From Camelus dromedarius (Eukaryota), in assembly GCF_036321535.1 (NCBI RefSeq), contig NC_087437.1, positions 63,056,001 through 63,120,000 on the forward strand: 64,000 bases of DNA, read 5' to 3'. Position numbers and translations under genes: made by a program. This document shows, one piece after another, positions 49,569 through 64,000 of this stretch (position 1 is the stretch's first letter; every line of letters begins with the position of its first letter). The notes under the pieces were generated by a model. That model did no database searches. It was given only the letters and a program-made list of their open reading frames with translations, and was not told the DNA's origin.

Positions 49569-52500
49569 ACACTCCAAAGCATGTCTTTCTATCCCAGAGC
49601 TGCCTCAGAGGCAGAGACAGATAAAAGCAAACTTTAGCCTCGTCTAAGCAGAAACCTCTAAAATCTGGTTCAGTGCTGCCACTCACAACCCCTCCCATCT
49701 CGGCCACGGGAAGACCCCTCACCACTGTCCAGGATTCTAGAGATTCAGCCATTACTCTGTGACCCAGAACTCAAACACAGCTCTGGAATGAAAAGGCTAT
49801 CCAGGAGGGCTACCTGCCTTCAGGGCACTGAGGCTGGGCCGTGTCTTATCTTTTGACGTTTATGAATAACACTTGTCCAAACTGGTCAGAATTTTGGTAA
49901 CTTAAATCACTCTCTTATGGATCAAGTATTTTAATTTTACACAAATCTTCCTCACTGTCCCAACCTTCAGAGCCCTCTGCCTCCTCTAATTGCTCTCAGT
50001 ACCATAAATACCATCACTGATCTTATTTATAGGCCAAGATGCCATCTCTGAGATGGCCCTGGAGGACAGAGCAGCCAGGTGGTTTATGCCTCTTTATCGC
50101 ACCTGCACTCCCACCAACAGGTACAAAGCCCTGAACACTGGGCAATGCTGGATGAGAAACAGAGGAAGGAGAGGTGCCCCCACCCTAGGGAGCACCACTT
50201 CTAAAGAGAGCACAGTGCTCATCTCAGGTAATTCCCTCCGTGGGAGGGGAGACTTAATTTTTGCCCTGTGAGAATGTCCAGCCTAATACCTTGTGCCCAC
50301 TTCCCTTGACATCAGGAAGCTACCAGACACTGTATACAAAAACAACTTAAGATTCTGAGGTTCTGAACCTGCCTCCAACATGGTTGCCCAGCATCCCTTC
50401 CCTCCTGATTACTGGTACCGTCATCCACTGAGTCACCCACATAGAAGCCTGGGAGGCAAAGGAGGCATAGCCTAGTCGTCCCTCTCCTACATTGCAAATA
50501 TCGATTCAGTCACTTTGTTCTGTTGGTTCTACCTCTTAAATCTTTCTCTAATCCATCATTTCCTCTGTGAAGTTCCCTGACCTCCCCGTCAAGCTGAGCT
50601 GCCCCTGACTGTACCTGCACTCTTTCACTCCTGAAAGGCATTTCTGTGTTTTCATTCTGCTTCCCATTAATTGATCTGACACCCCGCAGGTGGGGACCAT
50701 GTCTTACTCATTGTTCTACCCCAGCACCTAGCACAGTGCCTGTCATGCAAGAGACTACAGAAATACTGAATGAAACTGAGGAGGCACAGGTCCTAAGAAG
50801 ACAAAGAGTAAGAGTGGTGAGTTGGAGGCAATTCATCAGGGCAGCTCCTCGAAGAGGTGATCTTTGAACCAGGTTTTGAATTAGGGGAGGGCCACAGGAT
50901 GGTGCTCTGGTGGGAAGCAACATGTGCCAAGGCAGGGAGAGAGGGGCAAGCAAGCTGTGTGCTAGAGACGGAGAGGGCTTACTGACAGAACAGAAAAGCA
51001 GGCTTAGGGAGTGATGGAAAGAGACGCCTGGAGGTGGTGGTTGGGCTCTGTGATCTCACTTTGAACATGATCAATCTCAACAGGGTTGATTCCCGAGAAG
51101 GCACCAGTAAAGCTGTGGCTGCAAGTGCCTGCAAAGCTCAGAGAGCTGGGCTGTGCTGCAGCCAGGGCCAGGGCTGGGTAGAGTCTGGATGGTCCCAAAG
51201 GAAAGCTGTGCTTCTAAAACAAAGCTGGACCCAGCAGGTGCTGACCCCAACCTCCATATCACATTCTGTTTATCTTCAAGGAGACAGCAGGTTGTGGGGG
51301 GGGTAGGGGGGTGGGAAGGGATGGGACACATGGCCCCTGTATGGTAGATGGTGGAATAGGGGGGCAGGGGGTACTGGAACTTGGTCTCTTTTTATCTTCT
51401 CCCTAGGTTCCAAGAAAGGCAGGAAGAATGTTCATCTGCTAGGTACCCCCTGGGAGCCCGCCAGGCCAGTAAGGAGGCTGAGAGTTTGTGTAAGTCCCCA
51501 TGAAGATGCAGTGTGGAACTGACTCATAAAGGGAAGAGACTTAAGGACATGACCCCTTCTGTGTGGGGACTAGAAGGGCAGAGCCCTTGGGAAAAGACAC
51601 AGTGCAGCTAGGATGAGAGGGAACCTATCAGTGTGAAGAGGCGGTGATCTGTCCCTTCTCTCCTTCCCCTCCTTTCTATATTAACACAAGAGGAGAGAGA
51701 GGTGGCAAGGCTGAGAGGGAAAAGGGTAAAGAGTGAGAGAGAAAAAGCTGGAGAGAAAGACACATATACACACACACAGGCAGAAATGGAGGTGAATATT
51801 TTGTCTCCTCTTTACAGACGCTAATGAGCTATTAAGGAAACTGCCTGTTGGAAAACTCCTCCAGGGGACTATAAATATATTCCTTGGAGATCTCCTTAAA
51901 ATAACTGCCACTGAGGCAGCAAATGCATGCTAAATGGAAGGAATAAACCTGGCAGAGAAAGAAACTGGACAGCTTTGGGTCAGCAGCAGACACACAGCCC
52001 AGTGGGGATCCACTGGCTCTCCCCAGCCTGGGGATCCATCGCCCCCAGTGAGGCCAACTCCCTGCAGCGTCCTCCATCACTGACACCTGCAAATGTCAGA
52101 CCAGCAGGCAGCATCCTCTCTCCCCTTGGACAGCAGCCACAGTGGAACAACAGCATGGCAGGCTCTCCTTCTCCTCCTGGCACCACGCCATGTGACTTCT
52201 GAGAGAAGGACATTCACAAACTTCAGCTCACCTGATTTCAATGCTAAGGGGGAGAGGAAAAAAACACAAGGGATCCTCTTCTGGCAAGTGCTCAATACCA
52301 AGCTTTTCCAAGCAAACTGATGAGGCCTTATGCAGCGTGAGGCAGTAGCCAGGGGCTTGAGATGATAGCCAGATGGAGCCGTCTTTTCACAAGGATGCAG
52401 TGTCTACCTTCTCTGAACTCTGACATGCATTTGAACTTCACTCGTCATAATAACCATTTTCTGCCCTTCTCCATAGTGAGCTGTGTCCCTTCCCCAGGGT

Positions 52501-55500
52501 GTCTTCCTAACTCCTCCCTGACCCCAGGCTAGCCTGGTTTCCCTTCTCTGTATGTCACATGGCAGGTACCTCAATTCCATGCCATCTCCACCCCTGCACC
52601 TGGATTCTAAGCTCTCTAGATTCTAAGCTCTTGAGGGCAGGGACTGAATGCTTATCTCCGTATCTCTAGTGCCTGGCACAGAGCTGGCACTTAATGAGCA
52701 ACCAAATCTCACTCATCCACAGTGCCATGGTGCTTTCCACACAAAATCTGCTTAATAATGGCTGTGCCTCTCTCTCCTGGTCCCTCTCTGTGCCTATCTC
52801 TACCCCATCTCCATCTTTCTCTCACTCACGCTTCCACACAAACTTTAACTGTGGCCAGTTTCAATATTAGATATAAAGTCTTGGCTAATGGGCTACTCTC
52901 GAAGGGCAGAAGTTTGTGACACTTACCATTGCTAGATCAGCTCCATTAAAGCTCACTAATAATTAGCACTTTAAACATGTGAGTAGCACCTCTCTAAGCC
53001 CAGCTAATGAGCAAACCATTTCTGTTTATTCTTCACAAGCTTTAACATTAGCTTGAACTGTGAGCTCAGCTGCAAGACACACTCCCTCCTTCCCGTCCTT
53101 CCCAGAAAGGCTGACATCCTTCAATGCACTCTGGGCAGAAGGAAATGAACACTTCAGAAGTGACTACATCTGCTGATCACTTTTTTTTAACAGTCTTTGC
53201 CAACTGATCAGGTCCAAGTACTCATACCTCATGGATGGTGGTGATAGTAGTAGATTTATCCTCTTTTCGTTACATTGAGTATTACTCTTGGATGGGTCCA
53301 CAGAGTAACAGAGAACATTAGCCAGTGTGGAATCAGTCAATGATAAATATGAATCAACTGCTAAACATTAGCAGTATATTAGCAGTATATACTTTTATTA
53401 TTTTGAAAGGGTTATAGAGGTACTCAGAGGCAGAAGGTGTGTTCTATGGAAGTTCAGACATATGAAAATTTCACTCCTTGAGACCCTCACTCTCAATTTC
53501 TCTCCCTCTTCCCCAGTCTGCTTCTCAGTAGTATTTTAATTTTAATTAATTTTAATTTAATCAGGACATTATGACTTTAGTTAAAGATGAAACTGTTGCT
53601 TCGAAAAGCCAGCTTTGGCATCTGTCACTATGGAAGGCACTCTGGCAGGCATCCAAACATGAAATGACCCAGCACCTTCCCAAGACCTCTCCCCCCTACC
53701 CCATCCCATGGCCTGAAATTCAGGTGTGGGTTGCTGCAGTGAACTAGCAATGGCTGATTGCAGAGCTCAGAGCAGATCCTTGGGGCAGCTCCTGGAGCAG
53801 TCTCTCTCACCCCAGCCCAGAGCTTCTCCCTGCTCCCACCTTCAGGCTTTCTGATTCCACAGTTGTGCCATTCCTGCCTTAGTCTCAGATACCATGCCCA
53901 ACAGTGGAAACAAGGCCACAGGGAAATACTGGGTACAGATTGGACACAGGTCCACCACAGGCATGGAAAAACTAGGATCAAAGTAATAACCAGGTTTGTA
54001 GAATTGCAAGTCCAGCCTGACAGGTGAGAAGGGCCACACCCAAAAGTCATATTACTGAGTGAACTTTAGCAAACTAAAGCACCTTCTCCCACTTGAAGGC
54101 CATGCATGCTGCTGTCCTTGGTCCTGAGCTAGTTGTGTAGTTGCTACTCAGAGTGGCTGCTGTTCAGACTTAGGATATATGAATCAAATGAGAAAGAGTC
54201 AGAGGCAAAAGAGATGTTAAGATATATTAAGGAGATAAACAAATATGAAAAAGTGTTGAAGGACAGAGACAGAGAGAGATTACTACAGAGACTTAAGAGA
54301 CTTGTTTTGGTATTGTTTTAAAATAATTGAAGTAACCAAGGAAGAAAGGTCTGTGCGTGTGTGAATGCGCATACGCACGCACACACACACCCCTCCCGTG
54401 GAAGTGAGACAGCACAAACTCCTTATGTCCCCCAATACTATGTTTAGATTTTTGGATAAACTGAAGTGGATGAGTTGGCCATGGAAAGATTCCTAGAGTT
54501 TTAAGGAATTTTTAAACCTCTTCTTAACTTATTACCTTGGGTATCTAAACAATTCAGTTCAATAAATATTGAGCACCTATATGTGCCAAGTCAAGTCCCA
54601 GTCGCTATGGGTACAATGATAAAAAATGTAGAGTTCCTGACCTTAAAGGACTTTTGGTTTAGAGGGAGAATCAGACATATCAACATGTAATTTTAATATC
54701 AGGTAAGAAACACAGTGATAGATGTATATACAAGGGACAAATATTCAGAAAATCCCAAAGAGATGATAAAATCAAGGTCTAAGAAAGTGTCTGAAAAGTG
54801 AAGGAGCAGTAACTAGCGAAGAGGCAATGGGTAATGGGAACATCAGCAAGGTCCTGGACTGGACAGGATAGCAGTGCGTACTGAGGTCTCTCTGGTGGGG
54901 GTCAGGGAACAGAGAAGAGTGGCTAAGTTCCCCCCACCCATTACTCAGACCTTGCCACAGTAACAGAGACATGAGTTAATGTTTGCCAGAAATAAGCAAC
55001 AAAGCTTCCCTTGCAGACCTAGCATAATGAAGAGGCAGCATAAGCTAGGAAATGACCAGGACGAGGAAAGAGTCTGATTCGTGATGCCCGCTGTTTCTTA
55101 AGAAAGAAGCATCACCATGTCAAGTGCTAAACAGGAAAACAAGATAACCTGAATATCTCATGAAGCTAGAATTCTTCCCCTGAACATGGAAAACAAGGAG
55201 CTGGTGGGGTGTCTGCAAAGGCTTGCCCAGGTAAACTCAACTCTGCTCACCAGAGGACACACTAAGCTGCACATTCCAGGAGCACCTGCTAAACCAAAGC
55301 AGGCTTCCTAATCTTGCCTCAGAAATGTGCGTGGTAGGAAAGGCCTTGAACCTCATGAAGCTGCATGCAAGTTACTGTGTGTATGTCCACATGTGCCCAC
55401 TTTTATGAAAAGAGAATTGTGTAATTCTAGTCTTCATGAGATTTTTTTTTTTCATAGAAAGGGTCAAAGGCTTCCTAAATGGTAGAGAACCTCTGGTCTA

Positions 55501-56129
55501 AAGCAAAGTCAGAATGAGACACTATAATCTGAGTTCTAACCACTAGATCCTATCACGCAGCATCTGCCTCACTCACAGCCCAGTACTGTGGCTGGGCTGT
55601 AAGGGAAAGTAGCTAGAGAAGAAAAAATGACTTAGATTCCTTAGCCTGGATAAAAGGAACCTGAGGCAGATGGTGGGAGGTGAAGGCTGTGCACTGAATC
55701 CCACACTCTAAGGATAAGCCTTGGAGATGGTTTTGTCTTGTAACGGAGTTACTGAGGGCCAGAAGGGATGAGGTTAAGCACGAAGTGAGTTTTACAAATG
55801 CCTAGACAGTGTCTTTCCTGGAAACCATACTAATTGAAGACTCCCCCTGGCCTCTGACCCCAGCTGGCAGAGGGATGACAACTTGACCCAAGACCATCCC
55901 TAGATCCATGAGGGGTTATGGTCAGGATTAGAGCCAGCACAGGGGTCTGCAAGCTTACTTAAGAGCCCTTGGAGGCTGGATTGTGGCAGGATAAGGAGAC
56001 TCTCAGCTGTTCCTAGTCAGGAAGCCACAGTGGGGCAAACCTGGCCACTATTTGCGCAACAAGCCATCTTGCAGAAGATGGTGGCTCTCCCAGCGCAGGC
56101 ACATCCTGAGAGGAGGTTCACAGCCCTGA

Positions 56130-56340
56130 GGAAAGCACAGGCTCTGGATTCAGACAGAACTAAGTCTGACTCCCAGCTCTAGCACTTATCAGCTGTGTGC
56201 CCTTAGACAAAGTACTTAACCTCTCTAGGTCTGTTTCCTCATCAGAGATAAAAATACCTACTTCACAGGCTATGGTGATGATTAAAGGAGAAAATCCATT
56301 TAAAGGTACCAGACACATACCTGATGCTAAGTCAATGTAA
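56130..56340 (+). mobile_element. MIR SINE
   Basis: GGCTCTGGATTCAGACAG..AGCTGTGTGCCCTTAGACAAAGTACTTAACCTCTCT..GTTTCCTCATC. Confidence 0.8.
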
Positions 56341-57429
56341 CACTCCTTCCTTCCTCCCTGTTCACCTTGGCAGCCTCGCATGGGGCCTAGTACATCGTAG
56401 ATGCTCAATGAGTGTTGATTATGTGAACAGATGAATGAATAAGAGAACAAGTAAGTAAATGGAGAAAATTCAGAAAATGGCAGCTAATAACCACCTCTTC
56501 ACCTTCTCACTACACACCTGTGAGCTATGCTGCTCACACTCACTGTGTAGTAAAGTGTGTAGTTGCTCTGAATTTGTATTATTTCTCTCCCTTATCCAAT
56601 CTGAGCTGTTTGGCGAGCACTTCAAACGCTCCTGCTCCCAAAGCCACATTCCCCAGATGCAAAAGAAAGCCTGCTGTCCCCAAAGGGAGCAGCTGTGATT
56701 GAGTGCTTGCCCCTTCCTCCTGTGTCCAGAGGACTATGGTCCTGGGCACGCCTCCCATACTAATCTCCATGTGTTCAGCCTGTAGCTGGCTAGCCTCATC
56801 CCTTCTTTCCTGGCTCCTCTCCCCAACTGCTCTGGGTTCCAGACAAAGATATACGTGGCCAGGTGGCATTTCTGAGAAGCACTCTTACTGAAGACACATC
56901 CCAACAGCAGGGCCACCATCTGTGATGAGGTAGCCCTAACATCTACCCATGGGCAGAATCTTCAGAGCCCCAGAAGCCCGCAGGGAGAAACAGGAGGCCA
57001 GAGGGGAGCCCGTGCCCTGTGGGTCTTTTTCTTTAGTTGGCCTTGAGCTGTCAGGCCATTGTGAATGGAAAGTTCACAGAGGAAGAAAGACCAGAGAGGT
57101 TGCAGAGCTAGATGTGGAGGCCAGGAGAATGGTGAATACAAATCCCAGTGGGTCGGACCCCCAATACACCTACGTATAGAATAGATGGCTCCAAATTGCT
57201 AAGGTTTTCTATTCCAGGATCCCTGACATTCTTTTCTCATTAATTCCCCAATACTGATAATTTTCTCCAATAATCTGAGCAGAATACCTCTAGGAGGTAG
57301 GGAAACATGGCTCTTTTTGCTCTTCTCCAGCTACTTAAAGAAGAGGAGTCCTGGCCGTGACCAGGGAGCCATGAGGTTGCCTTGGCCATGGATGAATGTG
57401 CACATGTACTCAGAACACAGCTTATATGC

Positions 57430-59700
57430 TTGAGGACTTGAATAATGTTAAAGTAGGGAGTAATGATATTCACTACAGCTTTATATTATTGAAAAATCAC
57501 ACAAAACCTAAATGTTAAACCACAGGTGATTGGTAAAATTATCCATGGTCTACCCACTCTATGTAGCCATTAAATATGACACTGTACAAGAATAATTAAG
57601 GCCATGGGAAATGTTACGGTGTGTTGTTAAGCGGGAAAACCAGATTGTAAAACAGTATGTACAACCTTATCCCAATCGTATATATACTGGTGTTTGTATG
57701 TGAGTTTAAAAACCACATACACAGATGTACATGGTGGTTATCTCTAGAAAATGGTATTATGACTGATGTGGTTAACACTTCTTTAATGTTTTTCACTATC
57801 CAATTTTTCTTATTATTTTAAGAGTAAATTCTCTCCTTTGTATATTAATCTTTTATATAGAGGATCTTTATGTAATATTCATGCACTTTAAACATTTAAT
57901 AATTAGGTTGTGGTTATGACACTATCTACAAAAAGCATTGTAAAAGCAAACTTATTTAAAGTTTAGGACAACTGCGTTAAGCAGCTGTCCACTCTATGAT
58001 GTGATTCCATGGTGAATAAAAAATGGCTACCATTCATCACAGATAAAGTTGTCTTATGACTGAAAGAACTGAAGTCCAAATAAGCTGTAAAAAGAAAATT
58101 AATTTTTCATTAAATGCCATTTAAAGATTTGCCATGTATGCAAATAGGCTTTATCTCAGGAAGGCAAGATATTACAGAAGTTTCAAGTAAAATAAAATCA
58201 ACATGGTTTTGGATTAAAAAACTAAATAGTATAACAGATATCTGTTGAGTGAATCTCTAAGTACCTATTACGTGCCAAAGGGATTTTCAACTAGACTTCC
58301 ATTTGGAGGAATAAATGGATGAAAGTACTTAAACATGTTTCGGAAAAAAGATGAATAATAGGTTGGGCTTGCCCTACTAGATATTAAAATATATATTTTT
58401 AAACTGCAGTTATTAAAAGGTGGCACAGACACAAGAATTAACATACAAATGAATGGAGCCTGATTCATAGACCTAATAAAGATCTGACATATTTAAGAAC
58501 CTAATATAAGATAAAGGAAAAATCTAAAGAAATGGGGAAAAGACAAATTATTCAATAAATTGCACTGGAAAATGAACCAGTTGGCAAAGAAAAATCAAGT
58601 TAACCCTCATAACTTCATACTATACACCAAAATAAATTTTAGACAGATTAGAAAAACAAATCTTAAAAATGACATACAAAAAAAGTACCTTAAGAGAAAA
58701 TATGGGTGAATTTAACAGATCCCTGAATGAGAAAGCACTCTCTAGACATGAAAGCATTGAAAGAAATAAGAAAGGAAAATATTTACGGTTTTGTCTATGG
58801 AAAATTTTAAACTATACATCAGAGTATAAACAAAATTTAGAATGTAAATGACAAGGTGGGAAACATATTTACAACAAATCTGACAAAGGATTACTACTAC
58901 TCCCTATCTGAAAAACAGGCAACGAATATAAACATACATTTCAAAAAAAGGAGAAATGGCAATAAACAAGAAAAAGGGGTCAACCTAATTAGTAATCAAG
59001 GAAATACAAATTAAACAATGAGACGTTTTAAAATCCATTAAATTTGCTAAGACTTTGAAAAGGCTATAATGGTTACTGTTGGCGAGAGTTCAGTGCTAGC
59101 CCTCTCTGCCCATATCCCTGCTAGTGCAAGTGAAATTGCCGCACCCGCTCCAGAAGGCAGTTCTGTAATATGAACGTCAATGATGCTACACATAAAGCGA
59201 TGATCTAGGAATTCAATTTCCCTTCTGGATGTCCACCTAAGGAACCAAGGAAAAATGAGGGCAAATATTTGAGGACAGGGAGTTTCAAAGCAGCACTTTT
59301 TATTGTAGTCCCAAACTACAAACAGCCTAAATATCCAACAGAAGGGGACTAGTTAGATAAAATTAAGATAGCTCTAAACGGAATACCAAACAGCCATTAA
59401 AATTTTAATTTTTGAATAATTTATAATTTCATGGAAAAATGCTCACAATATGTAAAGTAAGAAATAGGATACTAATGATACATGCGCTATACATATGTTA
59501 GGTTGAATCACATGAAATTGCTGAGGCTAAGCTATTGTTTTTTTTTTACCTTCAGAAATACAAATTTGTTATGATCCCAAATATGGATATAATATATTTC
59601 CGGGTTGTGAGTATTACGAAGATATTTCATTTTCTTCTTTATACTATTCCATAGTTTTCAAAATTTCTTCAATGAACAGGTATTAAAGTTTCCAAGTTGT
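57430..59700 (+). mobile_element. Ancient L1M (L1ME/MC-like) remnants, degraded ORF2 and 3' region
   Basis: A-rich stretch with L1 motifs (GGGCTTGCCCTACTAGATATTAAAATATA, TTATTCAATAAATTGCACTGGAAAA, CTATACACCAAAATAAATT, CAGCCTAAATATCCAACAGAAGGGGACT); no intact ORF. Confidence 0.7.
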
Positions 59701-61633
59701 ATAGTTACATGAAGACCATACGAAGAAACAAACAAAACTCAAATATGGAATAAACCACCTCTGTTTCCTCTTGCCTGGATTTTACAGTCCTCTGCCTCTT
59801 AGATAAAGAGCATGGAGACTGAGAGATCAATGTCTCTCCTTCATTTTATTTGCATGTTCTGTAATTTGCTCCTTGGAATTAACCCCCAGAAAAGGAAGCA
59901 AAGCCCCAAAAGGATCTGACCTGTGCTGTCAGGCCCCCTTCCTCCAGGAAGCCTCCCCAGACCAGGCATGAGAGCCATGAGATTTCTAACACCCAGCAGT
60001 GGCCCCATGCTGTTCAGTGAGAAGTGCCACAGAAGAGGAAAGCAGGCAGCATCCTCATTGGGAATCCTCCCCACTCGTGTCACTGCCACTTCCTAGAGCT
60101 GGGACTGAGGTTCCTGCCCCTGTCCCATTGTAGGCTCACACATAAGAAGTAAAGGCCCACAGGCTTGGGAGAAGGCAACCAGCAGCTTCCCTCCAACAGC
60201 ACGTTGGTGAGATTGAATCCATCACCCCCAGCCTGACATCTTATTGTGCTCTATATTCTTGCCAGATGTCTGCAGGAATCCTCATTCACTACATGACAAG
60301 GACCTCCTAATGACACGTCCTCTCCCAGCACTCCTTGACTGTGCCATTCACAGAGCTCCTAGGCCCCACGAGGTGGCAGAAAGAAAACCAGGCTTGTTGT
60401 CAGATGATCTGGGTTCAACTCATAACATCAACTTAGCAACTTTGAGGAGGTTCCTCATCCTCTCTGTACTCAATTTCCTCAAAAGGACATTTCAATATTA
60501 CCCTAGTAAGGATTAAATAAATTCAAGATAAAGCAGTTGCCAAACTGCAAAGCCCCATACAAAAGTAAAGTATTAGCTATCATGCCTGTATTGCAGCCTT
60601 TGTGTGGAAGAAATTACAGATTTTAAGCCTTTCTGGTCTTGAAGCATGGCTATGCTTTTAGGCACTAGCTAAAGCCCTCCCATCACTGCAACCATCACCA
60701 TCAGCCTCAGAAGAGAGGCAGCCCCCTGGTTTGGTAACCATGATCAGAGAAAGCCTGGCTCATCCCCTGTCTACCTGTACTTCTCTGGTGTACAGCACAT
60801 TAATGTGCTAATTGTAACCCTGAACTCCAGGCAGACATTAGTCTGCAGGGCAAGTATGGGACTAGATGCGGGGTGACTGTGTGGCTATGTTCCCATTCCC
60901 ATTCGGGGAACACAGGGAACATGATTCCCAACGTGGGACGAGGACTGTGTCAAAATAACCAAAGGCACATCCCTGAATTCCTACATGTGCAATTGTCTCA
61001 GCATACCCATTGAGACCAAAACCTGGGAGACACTCTCAGTTCTTCATGAAATGCCAGCCCCAGGAGAGTCTCATCACCTCTTCCAACCTCCTTCCCTTCT
61101 GACAACTGAATATTATCCTTTAAGCCTCGAGAATGCATAAAGAGGTAGGTCACCATCCCAGGAACGGGGCCAGGGCCTCCACCCTTCACATATTCCCCAG
61201 CCTCCCAGAGTAAAGCATCAAGCATCACTTCCTCTCACCTCCCTCTCCCATGACCCTCATTCAGAAAGAACTCTTGAGTGTGCCCAGTGGCTTTGCAAAC
61301 AGCCCATGCTGGTGAGTTGAACAGAGGCAACAATCTTCCTTTTCCTTAGAGCACTGGTCTGTGACAAAGGAAGCCTCTTTCCTAGAGAGCCCATCAGGGG
61401 CCAGAACCAAGAAGAACCAAGTAGAATGCCAGAGTTAGAAAGTCCTTACAGACTGCTAGTCCTTCAATTACAGGGAGGGAAACTGAACCCAGTGAGAGGA
61501 AGGCACCCAAGGTCCCATGATGAGACTAGAAACCCAATTCAAGCATTCTCTGCTCCGTATCACATGGCTTGAAGAATACCGCCATTACAGACACATTCAT
61601 ATGAAAATGCAAGGATGAGAAGATGATAATTAT

Positions 61634-61808
61634 AGCTTTGCTATCCAACACAGTAACTACCAGTTACATGAGGTTACTTAAATTTCAATTAATTAAACAA
61701 AATAAAAAATTCAGCTCCTCAGTCACATTTGAAGTAGCTAACAGCTATCGTATTGGAAAACACAGAAAACTTTCCCATCATTGCAGAAAAGTTCTATTGA
61801 CAGTGCTA
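61634..61808 (-). mobile_element. MER3 hAT-Charlie MITE
   Basis: AAAATTCAGCTCCTCAGTCAC..TATTGGA..TTCCCATCATTGCAGAAAAGTTCTATTGACAGTGCT, the reverse of the MER3 consensus. Confidence 0.75.
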
Positions 61809-64000
61809 ATCATTTAGGTGGATAGCTATCCTACAAATGGTTAAGTTCCCTATGGGCAGAGTCTGTATCAAAAGCTCCCTTGGAATGTACTTAGAATGTT
61901 CTCCATAACCCACAACAAATGACTGAATGAGTGAAAGAACAGCCCAAGATACAACCAGTGAGGGGCTCAGCCAGCAAGGACCCAGAGTCCATGAAGCATA
62001 AATCAGCCATCCAGGAGAGCCACAGAGATGGCCTTCAATGATCTAAGCACATGAGTCTAGGGAAGAAACACATAGTTTCCATTTCCTTACCTCTTTTTTC
62101 AAAAAGTATGATTATTAATTTTTGAAACTTGATCAAATTTTCCAGTGGGTACCAAGTCTTCAGTTACTAATTGCCAAGCTTCACACAGATGCCTTTGGGC
62201 CTTGGTCACTTTGGGAGGTAGCTGTGCAGAAGGCCAAGTAGTCTAAATGAGAAGGGAAGTCCTCAGGTTCTCTAGCGAGAAAAAAAAATCTTCGCTAACC
62301 TCTCATTTTCAGGATGCAATTTGAACCTGCATCTGTGCTCACTTTGTAGCGTCCAGTCACCCTCCATCAAGCCAATGAAATGCTGACTGGTCATACCTGA
62401 AATCAGGCTGCCTTCTACAATGAGAAGCCAGCCTGCCCAATGCTGTGGAAGCCCACAGTCCAACACACAAGGTGAGGAGTCCCTCAAAAGACTGGGTTAA
62501 CATTCTATCAAGGAAAAAGCCCCTTTGCAAACAAGATTGACTTGTTCTGCTCTATTCAAAATTTTGAGTAAAAGCCTGATTAAGAACATTTTGCCAATTT
62601 AAAAAAAGTGAATTTTTAGAAATTTCTGGATGACAACCTCCAATGAAGACATTCTTTTTAATGTAAAGTTTCATTCATTAAAATGAGACCAAAGGGGAGA
62701 GAGATTAGCTGCTTATAGAGGCCAGGAAAAAGTCAGGCCTCCCTGGATATTTTCAACACCTGAAGTTCTAACTATACATGAGGTGAGAAATAGAGCTACC
62801 CTGAGTTCTGCTGGCTCAGTTAAGGTGATTGATGCAATTAATATTTAGAGCAAATAAGATACTCAGTGAACATTCCATTTCTTTTCTATAGGTTATGAGT
62901 GTATTTTTTAATTAGTTTACATCTTATAGTGTATAGTAATTCATTTTGCAGTTTCAATTTTAAGACATTTTTCTTAGAACAACAGAGTTCTCTTTTGCTT
63001 TGGAGTACCCTAGCCCCATTTTTCACATGGAGGATTCATCAAAGTCCAACTCCCCAAAATGTTACTTAGCATCACTGTGCCTTAGTTTTCCCATCTGCAA
63101 CATGTAACACCAACCTCATAAGGCTGTTGTGAGAATTAACTGAGATTATGTGTGTATCCTGTGACTGGCAGGTAACAGGAGTCCAGTAAGTGCTAGGTGA
63201 TGGAGTGAATGAATGAATTAATGAAGTGCCTGGACTATGTGACTGATTTGTCACTGGGTTTAGCTATACAAACCTGGAAGCAGCCAAACTGCAGAAACAA
63301 ATCACAATTTAAGACACAATCACCCACATGCTATCAGCTCCTGAAATTGTAGACAAAATAACCAGGAGGAAATAAGCTGCCTACAGAAAGCATGCCTTGC
63401 AAATTGAGGCAAAGGTGAGGACATTATAGCTCCCATGGAAAAAAATCTTGCCTTCCACTCTAAAATTTTATGATTTTGTGTTTGTGCAAATGGGAATAGT
63501 AGTCAACAATCTAATCATTGTTCAGCTTTGGGGTTTCTAGGATTAAAATCTTTCCATCAAAATCCAAATGTGGATTTGGAAGTGTCCCCGATCTAACTTG
63601 GGCCCAGGTATGTAAAGAGCAACTGAGTCACAATTGTGCTACTGTTTCATGCTAATAATGTTCCTGACGTGGGAAAGAACACTGGACTAGGAATCTGAAG
63701 ACCTGAGTTCAACTTGTGGCTTTTTCAAAATCTCTTCCCCTTTCTGGCCTTCATTTCAACACTAGTAAAATGAACAAGCCAGGCAAGATGATGCCTGAGG
63801 CTGTCCCCTACCCGGCTGTTCCACTGCCTAATTCTAGTTTGCTGTAGAGAGATAATGGCTGGCAAGAAGCTAGAGAAGGGGGCATCCCAGAGGGGAAGTG
63901 AGAACCTCAAGAATCATGCTGGGAAAACACCATATTTAATTAATTATAATATTAGTTTATGTACCATCAAGAAAAAACTGTTGCAGTTAAACTACTACAT

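Noticed and set aside
54133..54321. Charged, coiled-coil-looking 62-aa ORF
   Set aside because: Comes from purine-rich low-complexity sequence; no splice or homology support.
1..64000. Remaining short ORFs, and any CRISPR array, operon or prokaryotic-type system
   Set aside because: The ORFs are chance or repeat-derived (HTHT/CVCV runs from microsatellites); no regularly spaced repeat-spacer array or foreign-looking segment was seen.

Overview
Mammalian genomic DNA, most likely a camelid judging from Vic-1-type tRNA-derived SINEs. The whole window lies inside the 5' part of KALRN (Kalirin RhoGEF), transcribed from the minus strand. Four coding exons can be read with canonical GT-AG sites and matching phases: 44478-44552, 36749-36863, 13122-13314 and 9443-9955 (conventional exons 2-5, 896 nt, Sec14/CRAL-TRIO domain plus the start of the spectrin repeats). 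The first exon and the exon after exon 5 were not found and presumably lie outside the window. The rest is intron: old MIR, L2, L3, L1M, hAT and MaLR/ERVL repeats, two younger L1 insertions, two lineage SINEs and microsatellites. I cannot support a new multi-gene biological system here. The best leads are a candidate (UG)n-containing cryptic/poison exon in intron 3, a young sense-oriented L1 with a perfect TSD near exon 3, a twin-primed inverted L1 next to exon 5, an unexplained diverged ~220-bp duplication, and a perfect palindromic steroid-receptor-type element. Repeat family names and boundaries come from recalled consensus sequences and are approximate.
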